DNA of 64,000 nt from Clostridia bacterium (lineage in GTDB: Bacteria > Bacillota > Clostridia > Oscillospirales > CAG-272), in assembly GCA_017387685.1 (NCBI GenBank), contig JAFOEU010000055.1, forward strand, positions 89,989-153,988. Reading direction: 5' to 3'. Below, one piece after another: positions 43,780 to 52,916 of this stretch. Below the pieces are notes generated by a model that saw only the letters and a list, made by a program, of their open reading frames with translations, was not told where the DNA came from and made no database searches. Position numbers and translations under genes: made by a program. Numbering within the stretch: the first letter of the stretch is position 1; each line of letters starts with the position of its first letter.

Positions 43780-44541
43780 ATGATCTTAGCACTTGATATC
43801 GGCATTTCGATCATCAATATAGGCGGATTCGAGGGCGCCGCGCCGTCCTTTGTTGCGCATATTGCCTCGGATACCCGAAAAACCTCTGACGAATACGCCG
43901 TTTCTCTGCTGTCCATACTCTCGCTTCACTCTGTCGACCGCTCGGCGGTCACGGGCACCGTCATTTCGTCGGTTCTTCCCGAGCTGAATCCCGTCATCAA
44001 AAATGCTCTCGCCTTTCTGTTTGGAAAAGAGCCTCTGACGGTCGGCCCCGGTGTCAAGACGGGGATCGGCATCAGATGCGATATTCCGTCCTCGGTCGGC
44101 GGCGACCTCATTTGCGCCTCGCTTGCCGCGCATAAGCTCTACGGCTCGCCCTCGCTCATAGTCGATATCGACACGGCAACTAAAATGACGCTCGTCAATT
44201 CGGACGGCGCATTCGTCGGAACCTCGATCCTCCCCGGTATCCTTATGGGACTCGGCGCGCTTTCAAGCTCCGCGGCACTGCTGCCGACGGTCGAGCTCTC
44301 CGCGCCCGCACGCGTGATCGGCAAAAATACCGCCGACTGTATGCGCTCGGGAGTGATCTACGGCAACGCCTCGATGATCGACGGTATGATCGACCGCATA
44401 TTTGCCGAAAACGGCGAAATGCAGGTCATCGTCACGGGAAGTCAGGCTCACCTCGTCACGCCCTACCTCGCGCATTCCTTTATTTCCGACGAACACCTCG
44501 TCCTTCGCGGACTTTATCTTATTTATAACAAAAATAATTGA
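43780..44541 (+). CDS. coaX: type III pantothenate kinase
   Basis: The N-terminus MILALDIG and the 253-aa length match CoaX. The RBS is GGAGG. Confidence 0.8.
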   Translation: MILALDIGISIINIGGFEGAAPSFVAHIASDTRKTSDEYAVSLLSILSLHSVDRSAVTGTVISSVLPELNPVIKNALAFLFGKEPLTVGPGVKTGIGIRCDIPSSVGGDLICASLAAHKLYGSPSLIVDIDTATKMTLVNSDGAFVGTSILPGILMGLGALSSSAALLPTVELSAPARVIGKNTADCMRSGVIYGNASMIDGMIDRIFAENGEMQVIVTGSQAHLVTPYLAHSFISDEHLVLRGLYLIYNKNN

Positions 44542-44616
44542 ATATTTTCCCGATAGGGATGATATAAATTTATTCAGCGTTGTATCGCGAAAGCGAACGA
44601 CAGCAAGGAGGAATTT

Positions 44617-45213
44617 ATGAAAAACACCAAAAACTCTCAGCGCACCCGCAAGCTTGTTCTGAGCGCGATGATGACGGCTCTCGTTATCGTCTTTCAGCTG
44701 CTTGCAACCTACACAGCATTCTTCGGCCCGTTCTCGACCGCGATCGGACTCATTCCTATCGCAATAGGCGCGTGTCTGCTCGGCCCGCTCGTCGGCGCGT
44801 GGCTCGGATTTATATTCGGAATCATAGTTCTCGTAACCGGCGGCGCGACGCTCTTCTTCGCTTTCAGCGTTCCGGGAACAATAATTACCGTGCTTCTCAA
44901 GGGCGCGGCTTGCGGCTTCGTGGCGGGACTCGTATTCAAGCTTCTTGAGCCCAAGCTCAAATTCTTCGCGGCAATAATCGCATCGCTTCTTTGTCCTATC
45001 GTCAACACGGGCGTATTTCTGCTCGGAAGCGCGGTGTTCTTTATGCCCTACGCAGAGGCGATCGGCGAACTTGTTGGCATTGATAAAGCAGGCTTCGGCG
45101 TATTCATCGCCCTCGCATTCGGCAATTTTGTCATCGAAGTGCTTATGAACGGACTCCTTTCCCCCGTATTTGTAAGAATCTTGAAGATCGTTCAGCTGAC
45201 AAAAACAAAATAA
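44617..45213 (+). CDS. ECF transporter S component (substrate unknown; pantothenate is plausible from the coaX context)
   Basis: A 198-aa protein with about 6 TM helices. The N-terminal TRKLVLSAMMTALVIVFQ is typical of S components. Confidence 0.65.
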   Translation: MKNTKNSQRTRKLVLSAMMTALVIVFQLLATYTAFFGPFSTAIGLIPIAIGACLLGPLVGAWLGFIFGIIVLVTGGATLFFAFSVPGTIITVLLKGAACGFVAGLVFKLLEPKLKFFAAIIASLLCPIVNTGVFLLGSAVFFMPYAEAIGELVGIDKAGFGVFIALAFGNFVIEVLMNGLLSPVFVRILKIVQLTKTK

Positions 45214-45223
45214 ATACTTAAAC

Positions 45224-45264
45224 CGCTCGGATATTTTGACTTTTTCAGAATATCCGAGCTTTTT
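45224..45264 (+). terminator. intrinsic terminator
   Basis: GCTCGGATATTTTGACTTTTTCAGAATATCCGAGC followed by TTTTT. Confidence 0.8.
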
Positions 45265-45313
45265 ATTATCGTGATTTACAATATGTTCATAGAATGGTTA
45301 CAGAATGTTGATG

Positions 45314-45369
45314 TAAGAATGATTCCTATTTGATATAATAATGTCAGTAGGAAATAGGAACGATTCCTA
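45314..45369. promoter_or_regulatory. two Fur-family (PerR-like) 7-1-7 operator boxes
   Basis: TAAGAAT-G-ATTCCTA (45314-45328) and TAGGAAC-G-ATTCCTA (45355-45369) flank a TATAAT at 45334-45339. Confidence 0.55.
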
Positions 45370-45406
45370 CTTTAACGGAGAATCTTTTTCATGGGAGGAT
45401 GCGCGG

Positions 45407-45784
45407 ATGTCAAAGCAGAAAAAACTGATAACCGAAATACTTGCCGCGTCATACGCGCATCCGACCGCGTCGCAGATCTTTGAGGAGGCGCGAAAGCAAA
45501 TGCCGAACATCGCACTCGGCACGGTCTACCGCAATCTCGGAGTCCTCGTTGACGAGGGGACGATAGTCCGTCTATCGGTCACGGGTCAGCCCGACCGATT
45601 CGACCTTCCCGACGACGCGCATTGGCACGTTATCTGCGATAAGTGCGGGCAGGTCAAGGACATTCCCGTTGACCGCGACATTCTCGCGCGAATCGAGCGC
45701 GATGCGGACGAGGAGATAACTTCCTATCTGCTGACCGCGCACTGTACCTGTAAAAAATGCCGAGAGGCAGAATTAAATCAATAA
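45407..45784 (+). CDS. perR: Fur-family peroxide-responsive regulator
   Basis: A winged-helix region followed by the CxxC pairs (CDKCG, CTCKKC). Trimmed to the ATG at 45407, which has a GGGAGGA RBS. It lies upstream of rubrerythrin. Confidence 0.75.
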   Translation: MSKQKKLITEILAASYAHPTASQIFEEARKQMPNIALGTVYRNLGVLVDEGTIVRLSVTGQPDRFDLPDDAHWHVICDKCGQVKDIPVDRDILARIERDADEEITSYLLTAHCTCKKCREAELNQ

Positions 45785-45819
45785 ATTAAAAAATAAAGAT
45801 ATTTTTGGAGGACACAAAA

Positions 45820-46359
45820 ATGGAACTTAAGGGTTCAAGAACAGAACAGAATCTTCAGGCGGCTTTCGCAGGCGAATCGCAGGCGAGAAACAAGTACACC
45901 TACTACGCATCCAAGGCAAGAAAAGAGGGCTACGTTCAGATCGCTGACCTCTTTGAGGAGACCGCTAACAACGAAAAGGAGCACGCAAAGATCTGGTTCA
46001 AGCTCCTCCACGATGGCGAAGTACCCACCACTTCCGTCAACCTTCTCGATGCAGCAGAGGGCGAGAACTACGAGTGGACCGATATGTACGCAGAGTTTGC
46101 ACGCGTAGCAAAGGAAGAGGGCTTCACCAAGATCGCTTTCCTCTTTGAGAAGGTTGGCGAGATCGAGAAGCATCACGAAGAGAGATACCGCAAGCTTCTC
46201 GCAAACGTTGAGGGCGACCTCGTATTCTCCCGCGAGGGCGACACCGTATGGCAGTGCGCTAACTGCGGTCACATCGTAATCGGCAAGAAGGCGCCCGTAA
46301 AGTGCCCCGTTTGCGATCATCCTCAGGCATATTTCCAGGAGCTTGCACAGAATTATTAA
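45820..46359 (+). CDS. rbr: rubrerythrin
   Basis: Di-iron domain [18 protein letters not shown] and EKEHAKIW. The C-terminal rubredoxin is CANCG...CPVC. Confidence 0.92.
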   Translation: MELKGSRTEQNLQAAFAGESQARNKYTYYASKARKEGYVQIADLFEETANNEKEHAKIWFKLLHDGEVPTTSVNLLDAAEGENYEWTDMYAEFARVAKEEGFTKIAFLFEKVGEIEKHHEERYRKLLANVEGDLVFSREGDTVWQCANCGHIVIGKKAPVKCPVCDHPQAYFQELAQNY

Positions 46360-46364
46360 TTAAA

Positions 46365-46432
46365 GTTACTAGTTGCTAGTTATTAGTTACTAGTTAAAGG
46401 TAAATTTCCGCCCCGATGGGGCGGAAATTTTT
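46365..46432 (+). repeat. repeat arm: GTTRCTA heptamers + TTAAAGGTAAATTTCCGCCCC-GAT-GGGGCGGAAATTTTT
   Basis: The arm begins 5 nt after the rbr stop. It matches the reverse-oriented arm at 48087-48153 at about 42 of 48 positions. Confidence 0.85.
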
Positions 46433-46439
46433 GATTTTA

Positions 46440-46469
46440 TTGACAATTACCTCTTTTTTATGGTATAAT
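46440..46469 (+). promoter_or_regulatory. sigma-A type promoter
   Basis: TTGACA, an 18-nt spacer, then TGG-TATAAT. Confidence 0.6.
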
Positions 46470-46505
46470 AAATATAACTATCCCCCATCCGAAAGGAAAA
46501 TTACG

Positions 46506-47012
46506 ATGTCTAAAATTAAAACTCTCTCGCTTTTCTTTGCTCTGACCTTGCTTCTCTGCGCTCTCGTTTCCTGCGCGGACGATCCTTACTACAAATTCGA
46601 CCGCAAGCTTGAACCCTTGACCGACGAGCAGATCGAGGAATGCAACTCGGCTTACAGAGAAGATTATTTCGGAGCTTACGACGAATATATTGCTTCCAAA
46701 TCCGAGGATATGCGCGAGCAGGCGGAAAAGGCATATTTCGGTATGAAATTCATTCAGAATAGCGTTTACAACCCCTATCTCGGCACCTTCAGCGGAGCGA
46801 TCGTCGTCGGCACTTCGATCCGCAACGAGAAAGAAACCTATATCATCGGCGTTACCGAATTTGAAATGGGCTCGCTGAAGAAGATCACCGTCTATAAGAA
46901 CGGTGAGTTTGTGTCGCTCTCGCAGGCATATAACAGCGGCTGGCTGACCGACGAGGATATCGCGGGCTTATCCGCAAGAATCGAAAAGTACGAAAAGGAA
47001 ATGAAAAAATGA
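46506..47012 (+). CDS. lipoprotein, unknown function
   Basis: Lipobox LLLCALVSC. Trimmed to the ATG at 46506. Confidence 0.65.
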   Translation: MSKIKTLSLFFALTLLLCALVSCADDPYYKFDRKLEPLTDEQIEECNSAYREDYFGAYDEYIASKSEDMREQAEKAYFGMKFIQNSVYNPYLGTFSGAIVVGTSIRNEKETYIIGVTEFEMGSLKKITVYKNGEFVSLSQAYNSGWLTDEDIAGLSARIEKYEKEMKK

Positions 47013-48088
47013 GATTCATATTCCCTCAAAACGGCGACTGCATAAATGCAAATGACGGCTTACCGCTCAAAGTACTCGTTGAAGCACCTGCCGATGGCGA
47101 TATTTACGTCGGCGGCGTGAAAGCCGAATTTTCGGACGGCGTGTGGAGTACAACCGTGCCGATTTCCGCATATAAAACCACTCTCACAGCCGAAAACAGA
47201 AAAAACGGCGATAACTGCGCCGTCACTCTGCTGAAATTTGCCGATCCCGTGGGCAAGTTCCGCCTCTCATCCGATGATAACATCCTCTTTTTGCAGGATA
47301 TTACGAAAAATCAGGATAAATACACCTCGATTTTCGATAACCCCTACCTCGCGCTTTACAAAAAAGCGCACGATCTCTACGGCGCGTGCATTCATCTCAA
47401 TCTGTTTTACGAATATATCCCCGACGAAAAATATTTCGCCGCCCATCCCGATTATTTCAATCTCTCGATGATGACGGACAAATTCAAGTCGGAATTCGAG
47501 GCGAATTCGGATTGGCTCAAGCTCGCATTCCACTCAAATGCCGAATTCCCCGATAAGCCGTATAAATTCGCGACCGCAGAGCAGATCACCGAGGATTTTC
47601 TCAAGATTCGCCGCGAGATCGTTCGCTTCGCGGGGGAGAGCTCGACGACGAACTCGACCACCGTTCATTTCGGTGCGGCGAACCGCGAGGTCGTCCGCGC
47701 ACTCCACGCCCTCGGTCTGCGCTCGCTGACGGGGTATTTCAGACGCAATGCAAAGGGCGAACCGAGCGTTTCCTACTATTTTGAGGACGAAAGGCTTGAA
47801 CATATCGGCTCGCGCGACTTCTGGTACGATGAGAGCGAGGATATGATCTTCGCGCAGATCGATCTTGTGCTCAATGAAAAGACCTACTCCGACGTGATGG
47901 AAGCCCTCCCGAGGATCGCGGACGATCCGCACCGCGGCGGTTTCATCTCGCTGATGATCCACGAGCAGTATTTCCACCCCGACTACCGCCGCCACCTCCC
48001 CGATTTCGAGGCACGCGTGCTTGATTCTTGTGCATTCTTGCATAAGAGGGGATACATTGGCGAGCATATATCAAATATTACAAAATAA
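47009..48088 (+). CDS. hypothetical 359-aa protein
   Basis: It overlaps the upstream gene by ATGA. I recognise no motif with confidence. Confidence 0.5.
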   Translation: MRFIFPQNGDCINANDGLPLKVLVEAPADGDIYVGGVKAEFSDGVWSTTVPISAYKTTLTAENRKNGDNCAVTLLKFADPVGKFRLSSDDNILFLQDITKNQDKYTSIFDNPYLALYKKAHDLYGACIHLNLFYEYIPDEKYFAAHPDYFNLSMMTDKFKSEFEANSDWLKLAFHSNAEFPDKPYKFATAEQITEDFLKIRREIVRFAGESSTTNSTTVHFGAANREVVRALHALGLRSLTGYFRRNAKGEPSVSYYFEDERLEHIGSRDFWYDESEDMIFAQIDLVLNEKTYSDVMEALPRIADDPHRGGFISLMIHEQYFHPDYRRHLPDFEARVLDSCAFLHKRGYIGEHISNITK

Positions 48089-48153
48089 AAAATCCGCTCG
48101 AAAATCGAGCGGATTTTTACCTTTAACCAGCAACTAACAACTAGCAACTAGCA
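48087..48153 (-). repeat. repeat arm (reverse orientation): hairpin/terminator AAAAAATCCGCTCG-AAAA-CGAGCGGATTTTT + ACCTTTAACC + AACTAGC-type heptamers
   Basis: The arm ends 7 nt before the stop of the minus-strand transporter gene. The hairpin also serves as terminator for the + gene ending at 48088. Confidence 0.85.
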
Positions 48154-48160
48154 ACTTTTA

Positions 48161-49150
48161 TCAGAACGCTCCTCCCATACGAAGCAGGAAGGTTACGAGG
48201 AACACGGTGAGTGCCGATGCGAGGGTGGACCAGACTACGAGCTGACCCGCAAGGGTGACGTCGCCGCCCATTTCCTGTACCATAGGTACGCTGGGAACTG
48301 CAACGGGGGTTGCGAATGCCGCAACGAGGGTTGCGAACTGCGCGGGAGTAAAGCGGTCGCGCAGGAAAATGAATGCAATGCCGAGGACGAGTGCGGGAAC
48401 GATAACGGTACGGGTGAGAGTACCGAAAATGATCTCCTTTTTGAGTGCCGCAACTGCGGAGAACTCAAACTGCGCGCCGAGAACGAGGAGTGCAAGCGGG
48501 ATCGCGAGGTCTGCGAGGTAATTGAGTACCTGGAAGAGCGGTCCGATGTTCGAGAGCTTGAAGGTGATTCCCGCAGGCTCGAATATAAATGTGCGTACCG
48601 CAACGCAAGCGAGTGCGGCAAAAATACCGATGATAAGAGGGTTCTTGATGATGTCAAGAACGATCTTGAGGGGCGAAACCTTTTCGCCGCTGTCGTTGCC
48701 GAGCGCGGAAAGGCTGATGACTGCGAGCACGTTGAAGCAGGGGATAAGCGCGGCGGAAAGAATGGTCGCCGCCATCATACCCTCGTCACCGTAAAGCGAG
48801 CCTGCAAGCGGAATACCGATCAGGGAGTAACCCGAGCGGAAGATCGCCTGAACGAGAACGCCGACGCGGTCCTTTTTGCCCGCGATGAGCAGACAAGCGG
48901 GGATGGAAAGTCCGAAAATAACGAAAAGCGCGATAAGACAGTAGCCGATGAAGCCGAAATCGACGTCCGAAAGCTTCATATCGTAGATCTTAACGAAGAG
49001 CATTACGGGCATGAACGCGCGGAAAACGAGCTTGTTTGCCTTCTTGGCAAAATCCTCATCCATCATGCCGATCTTTTTGAAGAAATAGCCGACAACAACG
49101 GCGAGAACGATGGGCGCAACTGCGGAAAGAGCGAAAATTAACGAATCCAT
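48161..49150 (-). CDS. AEC (auxin efflux carrier) family transporter
   Basis: A 329-aa polytopic protein. The N-terminus is MDSLIFALSAVAPIVLAVVVGYFFKK. Trimmed to the ATG at 49150. Confidence 0.75.
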   Translation of the reverse strand: MDSLIFALSAVAPIVLAVVVGYFFKKIGMMDEDFAKKANKLVFRAFMPVMLFVKIYDMKLSDVDFGFIGYCLIALFVIFGLSIPACLLIAGKKDRVGVLVQAIFRSGYSLIGIPLAGSLYGDEGMMAATILSAALIPCFNVLAVISLSALGNDSGEKVSPLKIVLDIIKNPLIIGIFAALACVAVRTFIFEPAGITFKLSNIGPLFQVLNYLADLAIPLALLVLGAQFEFSAVAALKKEIIFGTLTRTVIVPALVLGIAFIFLRDRFTPAQFATLVAAFATPVAVPSVPMVQEMGGDVTLAGQLVVWSTLASALTVFLVTFLLRMGGAF

Positions 49151-49299
49151 AGAATTTACCTTTCTTCCTATTTTATATAACCACAATATTTTACCACTTT
49201 TTCCCCCGCGCTTCAAGTACAAATATTGACGATTTTATACATTTTATGCTAATATTTTTGTGCCAAGTGCTGTTGCGCCGTCTGTGGTCGGCACGGGGT

Positions 49300-49455
49300 G
49301 ACAAGACAGAGTCGCAGCTTGCCGCAGGCAAGTGTGAACTTCTTGAAAAAGTTCGATCAAAACTTACCGCTGCTGTTGTCTTTTATTTGATTGAAAATTT
49401 CCGAGCAAAGCGAGGAAATTCTCCTTAACTCTGCACTCTGCATTCTGCACTCTGT
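49300..49455 (-). repeat. composite repeat (reverse orientation) ending in CTCTGCA heptamers
   Basis: CTTGCCGCAGGCAAG...GAACTTCTTGAAAAAGTTC...AAAACTTACCGCTGCTGTTGTCTTTTATTTGATTGAAAATTTCCGAGC-AAAG-CGAGGAAATTCTCCTTAA, followed by the heptamers. Confidence 0.8.
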
Positions 49456-49473
49456 ATTTTGCCTCCTCAAATA

Positions 49474-49502
49474 TTGACAACTCGCCAAAATAATGATATA
49501 AT
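49474..49502 (+). promoter_or_regulatory. sigma-A type promoter of the sulfatase gene
   Basis: TTGACA, a 17-nt spacer, then TATAAT. Confidence 0.65.
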
Positions 49503-49531
49503 TAATTGTAAAAAATTCCACGGAGGCAGAA

Positions 49532-50992
49532 ATGAAACCCAAGCATATACTTATCATAATGACCGACCAGTGCCGCGCCGATGCGCTCGGTGCTTACGGC
49601 AACACATACGCGCAGACGCCCGCTATCGACGAGATCGCCGAGGGTGCCGCGATATTTAACCGCGCCGTCACGCCCTCACCCGTTTGCGTTCCCGCGCGTC
49701 TTTCGCTCCTTGCGGGACAGTACGTCAACCGCACGGGTAACGCCAACAATAATCCCAAGACCTGCTACACCGGCGAGGGATTCTATTCTATGCTGACAAA
49801 GGCGGGCTTTGAGTCCTGCTGTGTCGGCAAGATGCACCACGTCTGGGACAGATACGGTCTGATGGGCTTCGGAAGCCGTCATACTCAGGAGGAGCTTTCA
49901 CACCCCGATGACGATTACACTCAGTATATTATGAATTCGCCCTATAAGAACGTCTTCGACTACAACGGCATGCGCAGCGAGATGTATTACGTTCCGCAAG
50001 TCAGCCAGCTCCCCGCAGAGGCGCATCCGACACAGTGGATCGGCGACCGCTCGGTTGAGTTCATCGAGAAATGCGATCCCGAAAAGCCGATGTTCCTGAT
50101 GTCCTCCTTCATTCATCCGCATCCCCCGTTCTGCCCGCCCGCGCCCTGGCATAAGCTTTTCCGTGAAATGCCCGAGGCTCCTTTCGTTCCCGAGGAGACG
50201 CCCGATCTGAAATATCTCTTCCCGCCCGCGTTCGATCTTGATAATTCGATGGATATGACCGATATGGATATCCGCCGCGCGAAGAATTTCTACTACGCCT
50301 GCGTTTCCTTTATGGACTATCAGATCGGAAGGATCACCGATGCGCTCAAGGCTAAGGGAATGTACGACGACACCGCCATCCTCTTTATTGCCGACCACGG
50401 TGAGACTCTCGGCGACTACCGCCACACGGGCAAGCGCACGATGCTTTCCTGCGCAAACCGAATCCCCTTCATCCTCCGCGTGCCCGGAATGGAGGGCGGC
50501 GAGAGGAGCGATCCCGTTTCGCTCGTTGACGTCGCGCCCACTCTCCTTTCGCTCTTCGGAGTGGACTACGATCCCGCCGAGTTTGACGGAATCGATATCC
50601 TCTCGGGCAAGCATTCCGAGGTATATTCGCAGTACGAATGCGGCGAGAAGGCTTGCTATATGGTCGCGGGAGCCGAGGATAAGCTGATCTATAACGCCTC
50701 GAACAATAAATACGCTTATTTTGCCGAATGCCCCGAGCATATCGACCGCTACGCCGAGGGCGGCGAGCGAGTTGAATATCTCAAGGCTCTGCTTGACGCG
50801 CACATCGCGGCGGACAGATGCTCCGAGGCAAAGAACCCGAACAAGGGTGCCGGAAAGGCAGAGAAAAAGGAAAAGATCCACGGCTTCGGCCACGCGCGAA
50901 TGGACCATCAGGCGCGCCACGACGAGGAAGCTGCATGCATCCCCCCACAGTATAAGATCGACCTCCGCAGATTTGTGGGGGACGATACGTAA
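49532..50992 (+). CDS. Cys-type sulfatase (no signal peptide seen)
   Basis: ILIIMTDQCRADALG and the formylglycine motif CVPAR. Confidence 0.85.
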   Translation: MKPKHILIIMTDQCRADALGAYGNTYAQTPAIDEIAEGAAIFNRAVTPSPVCVPARLSLLAGQYVNRTGNANNNPKTCYTGEGFYSMLTKAGFESCCVGKMHHVWDRYGLMGFGSRHTQEELSHPDDDYTQYIMNSPYKNVFDYNGMRSEMYYVPQVSQLPAEAHPTQWIGDRSVEFIEKCDPEKPMFLMSSFIHPHPPFCPPAPWHKLFREMPEAPFVPEETPDLKYLFPPAFDLDNSMDMTDMDIRRAKNFYYACVSFMDYQIGRITDALKAKGMYDDTAILFIADHGETLGDYRHTGKRTMLSCANRIPFILRVPGMEGGERSDPVSLVDVAPTLLSLFGVDYDPAEFDGIDILSGKHSEVYSQYECGEKACYMVAGAEDKLIYNASNNKYAYFAECPEHIDRYAEGGERVEYLKALLDAHIAADRCSEAKNPNKGAGKAEKKEKIHGFGHARMDHQARHDEEAACIPPQYKIDLRRFVGDDT

Positions 50993-50998
50993 TTGAAT

Positions 50999-51042
50999 AA
51001 AAATCAGGTAGCTTTTACTAAGGTCAAAGCTACCTGATTTTT
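50999..51042. terminator. bidirectional terminator
   Basis: AAAAATCAGGTAGCTTTTACTAAGGTCAAAGCTACCTGATTTTTT. Confidence 0.8.
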
Positions 51043-51044
51043 TA

Positions 51045-51515
51045 TTAATTTCTCTGTTCCTTCTCCGCATCGATCGCGATGACGAGCGCGAGTGCGGGGA
51101 GGGCGTCGGATTCGCTCGCTACGTCGATGGAGTAGGTGTCGGTCCAGTTGAAAAGCTCCTTTGAAATTACCGCCCTTTGAGTGCCGTCTGCGCCGCAGAT
51201 CGAGTAATCCCATTCCATAAAGTCGCCCTCGATGTCCCATCCCTTGTAGTCTATGGTGAAACGCGGATGGAAGAAGGAAAATTCCTTGCGGACACAGCCG
51301 ACTTGTTCCTCACCGATGTAGATATCAAAGGTCGTAAGCCAAGAAAACAGTCTTTGCTCAACCGTCGCAACCTCGTTTTCGTAGCGATCAAAGATCTTGA
51401 GGCATTTGCCCCACGATAGCTGACCCTTGACGGTGAAGACGGTATTGCCGCAATCGTCATAGACGTCGTAGCTGTCAAACCACGAAAAGGCTCTCTGCTT
51501 GAAAAGTAGCTTCAT
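51045..51515 (-). CDS. LURP-one-related / tubby C-terminal-like (DUF567) protein
   Basis: A 156-aa protein. The pattern FSWFDSYDVYDDCGNTVFTVKG...FDIY resembles this family from memory. Confidence 0.55.
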   Translation of the reverse strand: MKLLFKQRAFSWFDSYDVYDDCGNTVFTVKGQLSWGKCLKIFDRYENEVATVEQRLFSWLTTFDIYIGEEQVGCVRKEFSFFHPRFTIDYKGWDIEGDFMEWDYSICGADGTQRAVISKELFNWTDTYSIDVASESDALPALALVIAIDAEKEQRN

Positions 51516-51517
51516 AT

Positions 51518-52357
51518 TTATACCTTCTTGGTCTCGCCGGGCGCGATCGAGGAGATCTCTCCGTTATAGAAGTACCAGAGCGTGCGCGCGGTGGGGTTCA
51601 TGACGATCGAGCCGTCGACCGAGTAAACGAGGCTTTCGAAGTCCTTGACGTATTCGAAAATTTCGATGTTGGTAGCGTACCAGATATCCTCTCTGCCGCC
51701 CATAAACTCTGCGAATTCCTCGATGACGTTCCAGTTGTCGTCGCCCTCGAACTCGTAGGTGTGACCCCAGACGTAGAAGAGCTTTGCGGGGTCCTTGGTG
51801 ACCTTCATATCGGCAAACTTACGGGCGTATTCCATAAGCTTCGGGTCGGTATGCTTGCAGGTTGCGGGCAGACGGAGCCAGTCGCGCGGGATGTTGAAGC
51901 TGCCGGTGACGGCGGTGGTGCGCGCGTAGAGAATGCCGCAAGCGCGGAGAACCTCTACCACGGTATCGTTGTGAGTTCCGTAAGGATAAGCCATACCGCG
52001 GATGATCTTGCCGAAGAGAGATTCGAGGTTTTCGCGGTCCTTGACGATCTCGTAAGCGATGCGCTCTGCGGGCATGTGCTCGAGGCGGGGATGAGTCAGC
52101 GCGTGAACGGCAACCTCGTGACCGCCCTTCGAATAAAGCTCTGCGACTTGTTTTTCGTTCATGGGGCGATGGATCTGACCGGGCGCGTAAACCTTGCCCT
52201 CGGGAGCAAATCTGCCCGAATTGAGGTTGAATGTACCCTTAAGTCCGTTTTTGTCAAGAATTTCGATGAACTTAATGTCCTGATCGACGCCGTCGTCGTA
52301 GCTGAAGGTCAGCGCTTTCGCAACGCCGCCGGGATATCTCATAAATAACTGTGCCAT
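51518..52357 (-). CDS. polysaccharide deacetylase (NodB/CE4) family protein
   Basis: FSYDDG and HALTHP motifs. ORF 51518..52534 is trimmed to the ATG at 52357, which has an AAAGGAGG RBS. The upstream part of the ORF is repeat array. Confidence 0.75.
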   Translation of the reverse strand: MAQLFMRYPGGVAKALTFSYDDGVDQDIKFIEILDKNGLKGTFNLNSGRFAPEGKVYAPGQIHRPMNEKQVAELYSKGGHEVAVHALTHPRLEHMPAERIAYEIVKDRENLESLFGKIIRGMAYPYGTHNDTVVEVLRACGILYARTTAVTGSFNIPRDWLRLPATCKHTDPKLMEYARKFADMKVTKDPAKLFYVWGHTYEFEGDDNWNVIEEFAEFMGGREDIWYATNIEIFEYVKDFESLVYSVDGSIVMNPTARTLWYFYNGEISSIAPGETKKV

Positions 52358-52588
52358 AGTATGACCTCCTTTGAGTGTTGAGATAATTGTATCACAAAAC
52401 GGAGGAAAATGCAATAGGGTAGGGGAAATATCTCGCGAAGCGAGAGTTATAATCTCGCTTACGCTCGAGTGATGATCCGCCTTGCGGCGGAGTGATAATC
52501 TCGCTTCGCTCGAGTGATAATTTGCCTGCGGCAAAGTTAAGGTGGATTTTCGCCGAGGCGAAAATCTCGATTTTTATTAAAATAATTT

Positions 52589-52695
52589 GCAAGTCTGTCA
52601 TATCTGCGGTACAGACTTCGATCTCCTCATCCACCACTGCCGTGGTCCCCCTTCCCCGCTGGGGAAGGCTGATTTTGAACATCGCTTATCATTTC
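52589..52695 (-). ncRNA. conserved structured motif, copy 3 (inverted relative to copies 1 and 2)
   Basis: The reverse complement reads GCCTTCCCC-AGC-GGGGAAGG, then GACCAC-GGCA-GTGGT, then GGATGAGGAGATCGAA, then GTCTGT...ACAGAC. H2 has a different sequence but still pairs. Confidence 0.4.
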
Positions 52696-52824
52696 TAAAC
52701 TTCGTTAAGTACGCTAATCATATCAAGAAAATGATAAAAACAAAATATATTTACAACTATTTTGCTAATTATGAGTAAGGAAATATAATTATCGAGTCTT
52801 TCTGCGGTGCTATATCACTATAAC

Positions 52825-52916
52825 ATATGTTCGCAGTTGCTATATAAGCCTTCCCCAGCGGGGAAGGTGGCAGCCCTTGGGGCTGACGGATGAGGAGACC
52901 GAAGTCTGTACTAGAC
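52825..52916 (+). ncRNA. conserved structured motif, copy 2
   Basis: CCTTCCCC-AGC-GGGGAAGG (52849-52867), GGCAGCC-CTTGG-GGCTGAC, GGATGAGGAGACCGAA, GTCT-GTACT-AGAC. Confidence 0.4.

Noticed and set aside
52587-52778. A 63-aa ORF (TTG start) through motif copy 3 with a Cys/His pattern (CHICGTDFDLLIHHC), and a possible conserved peptide TDF.LLI...PPSPLGKA across copies
   Set aside because: The three copies have no consistent start or stop. The helix-2 replacement changes the peptide completely while preserving base pairing. Conservation is therefore at the nucleic-acid structure level.
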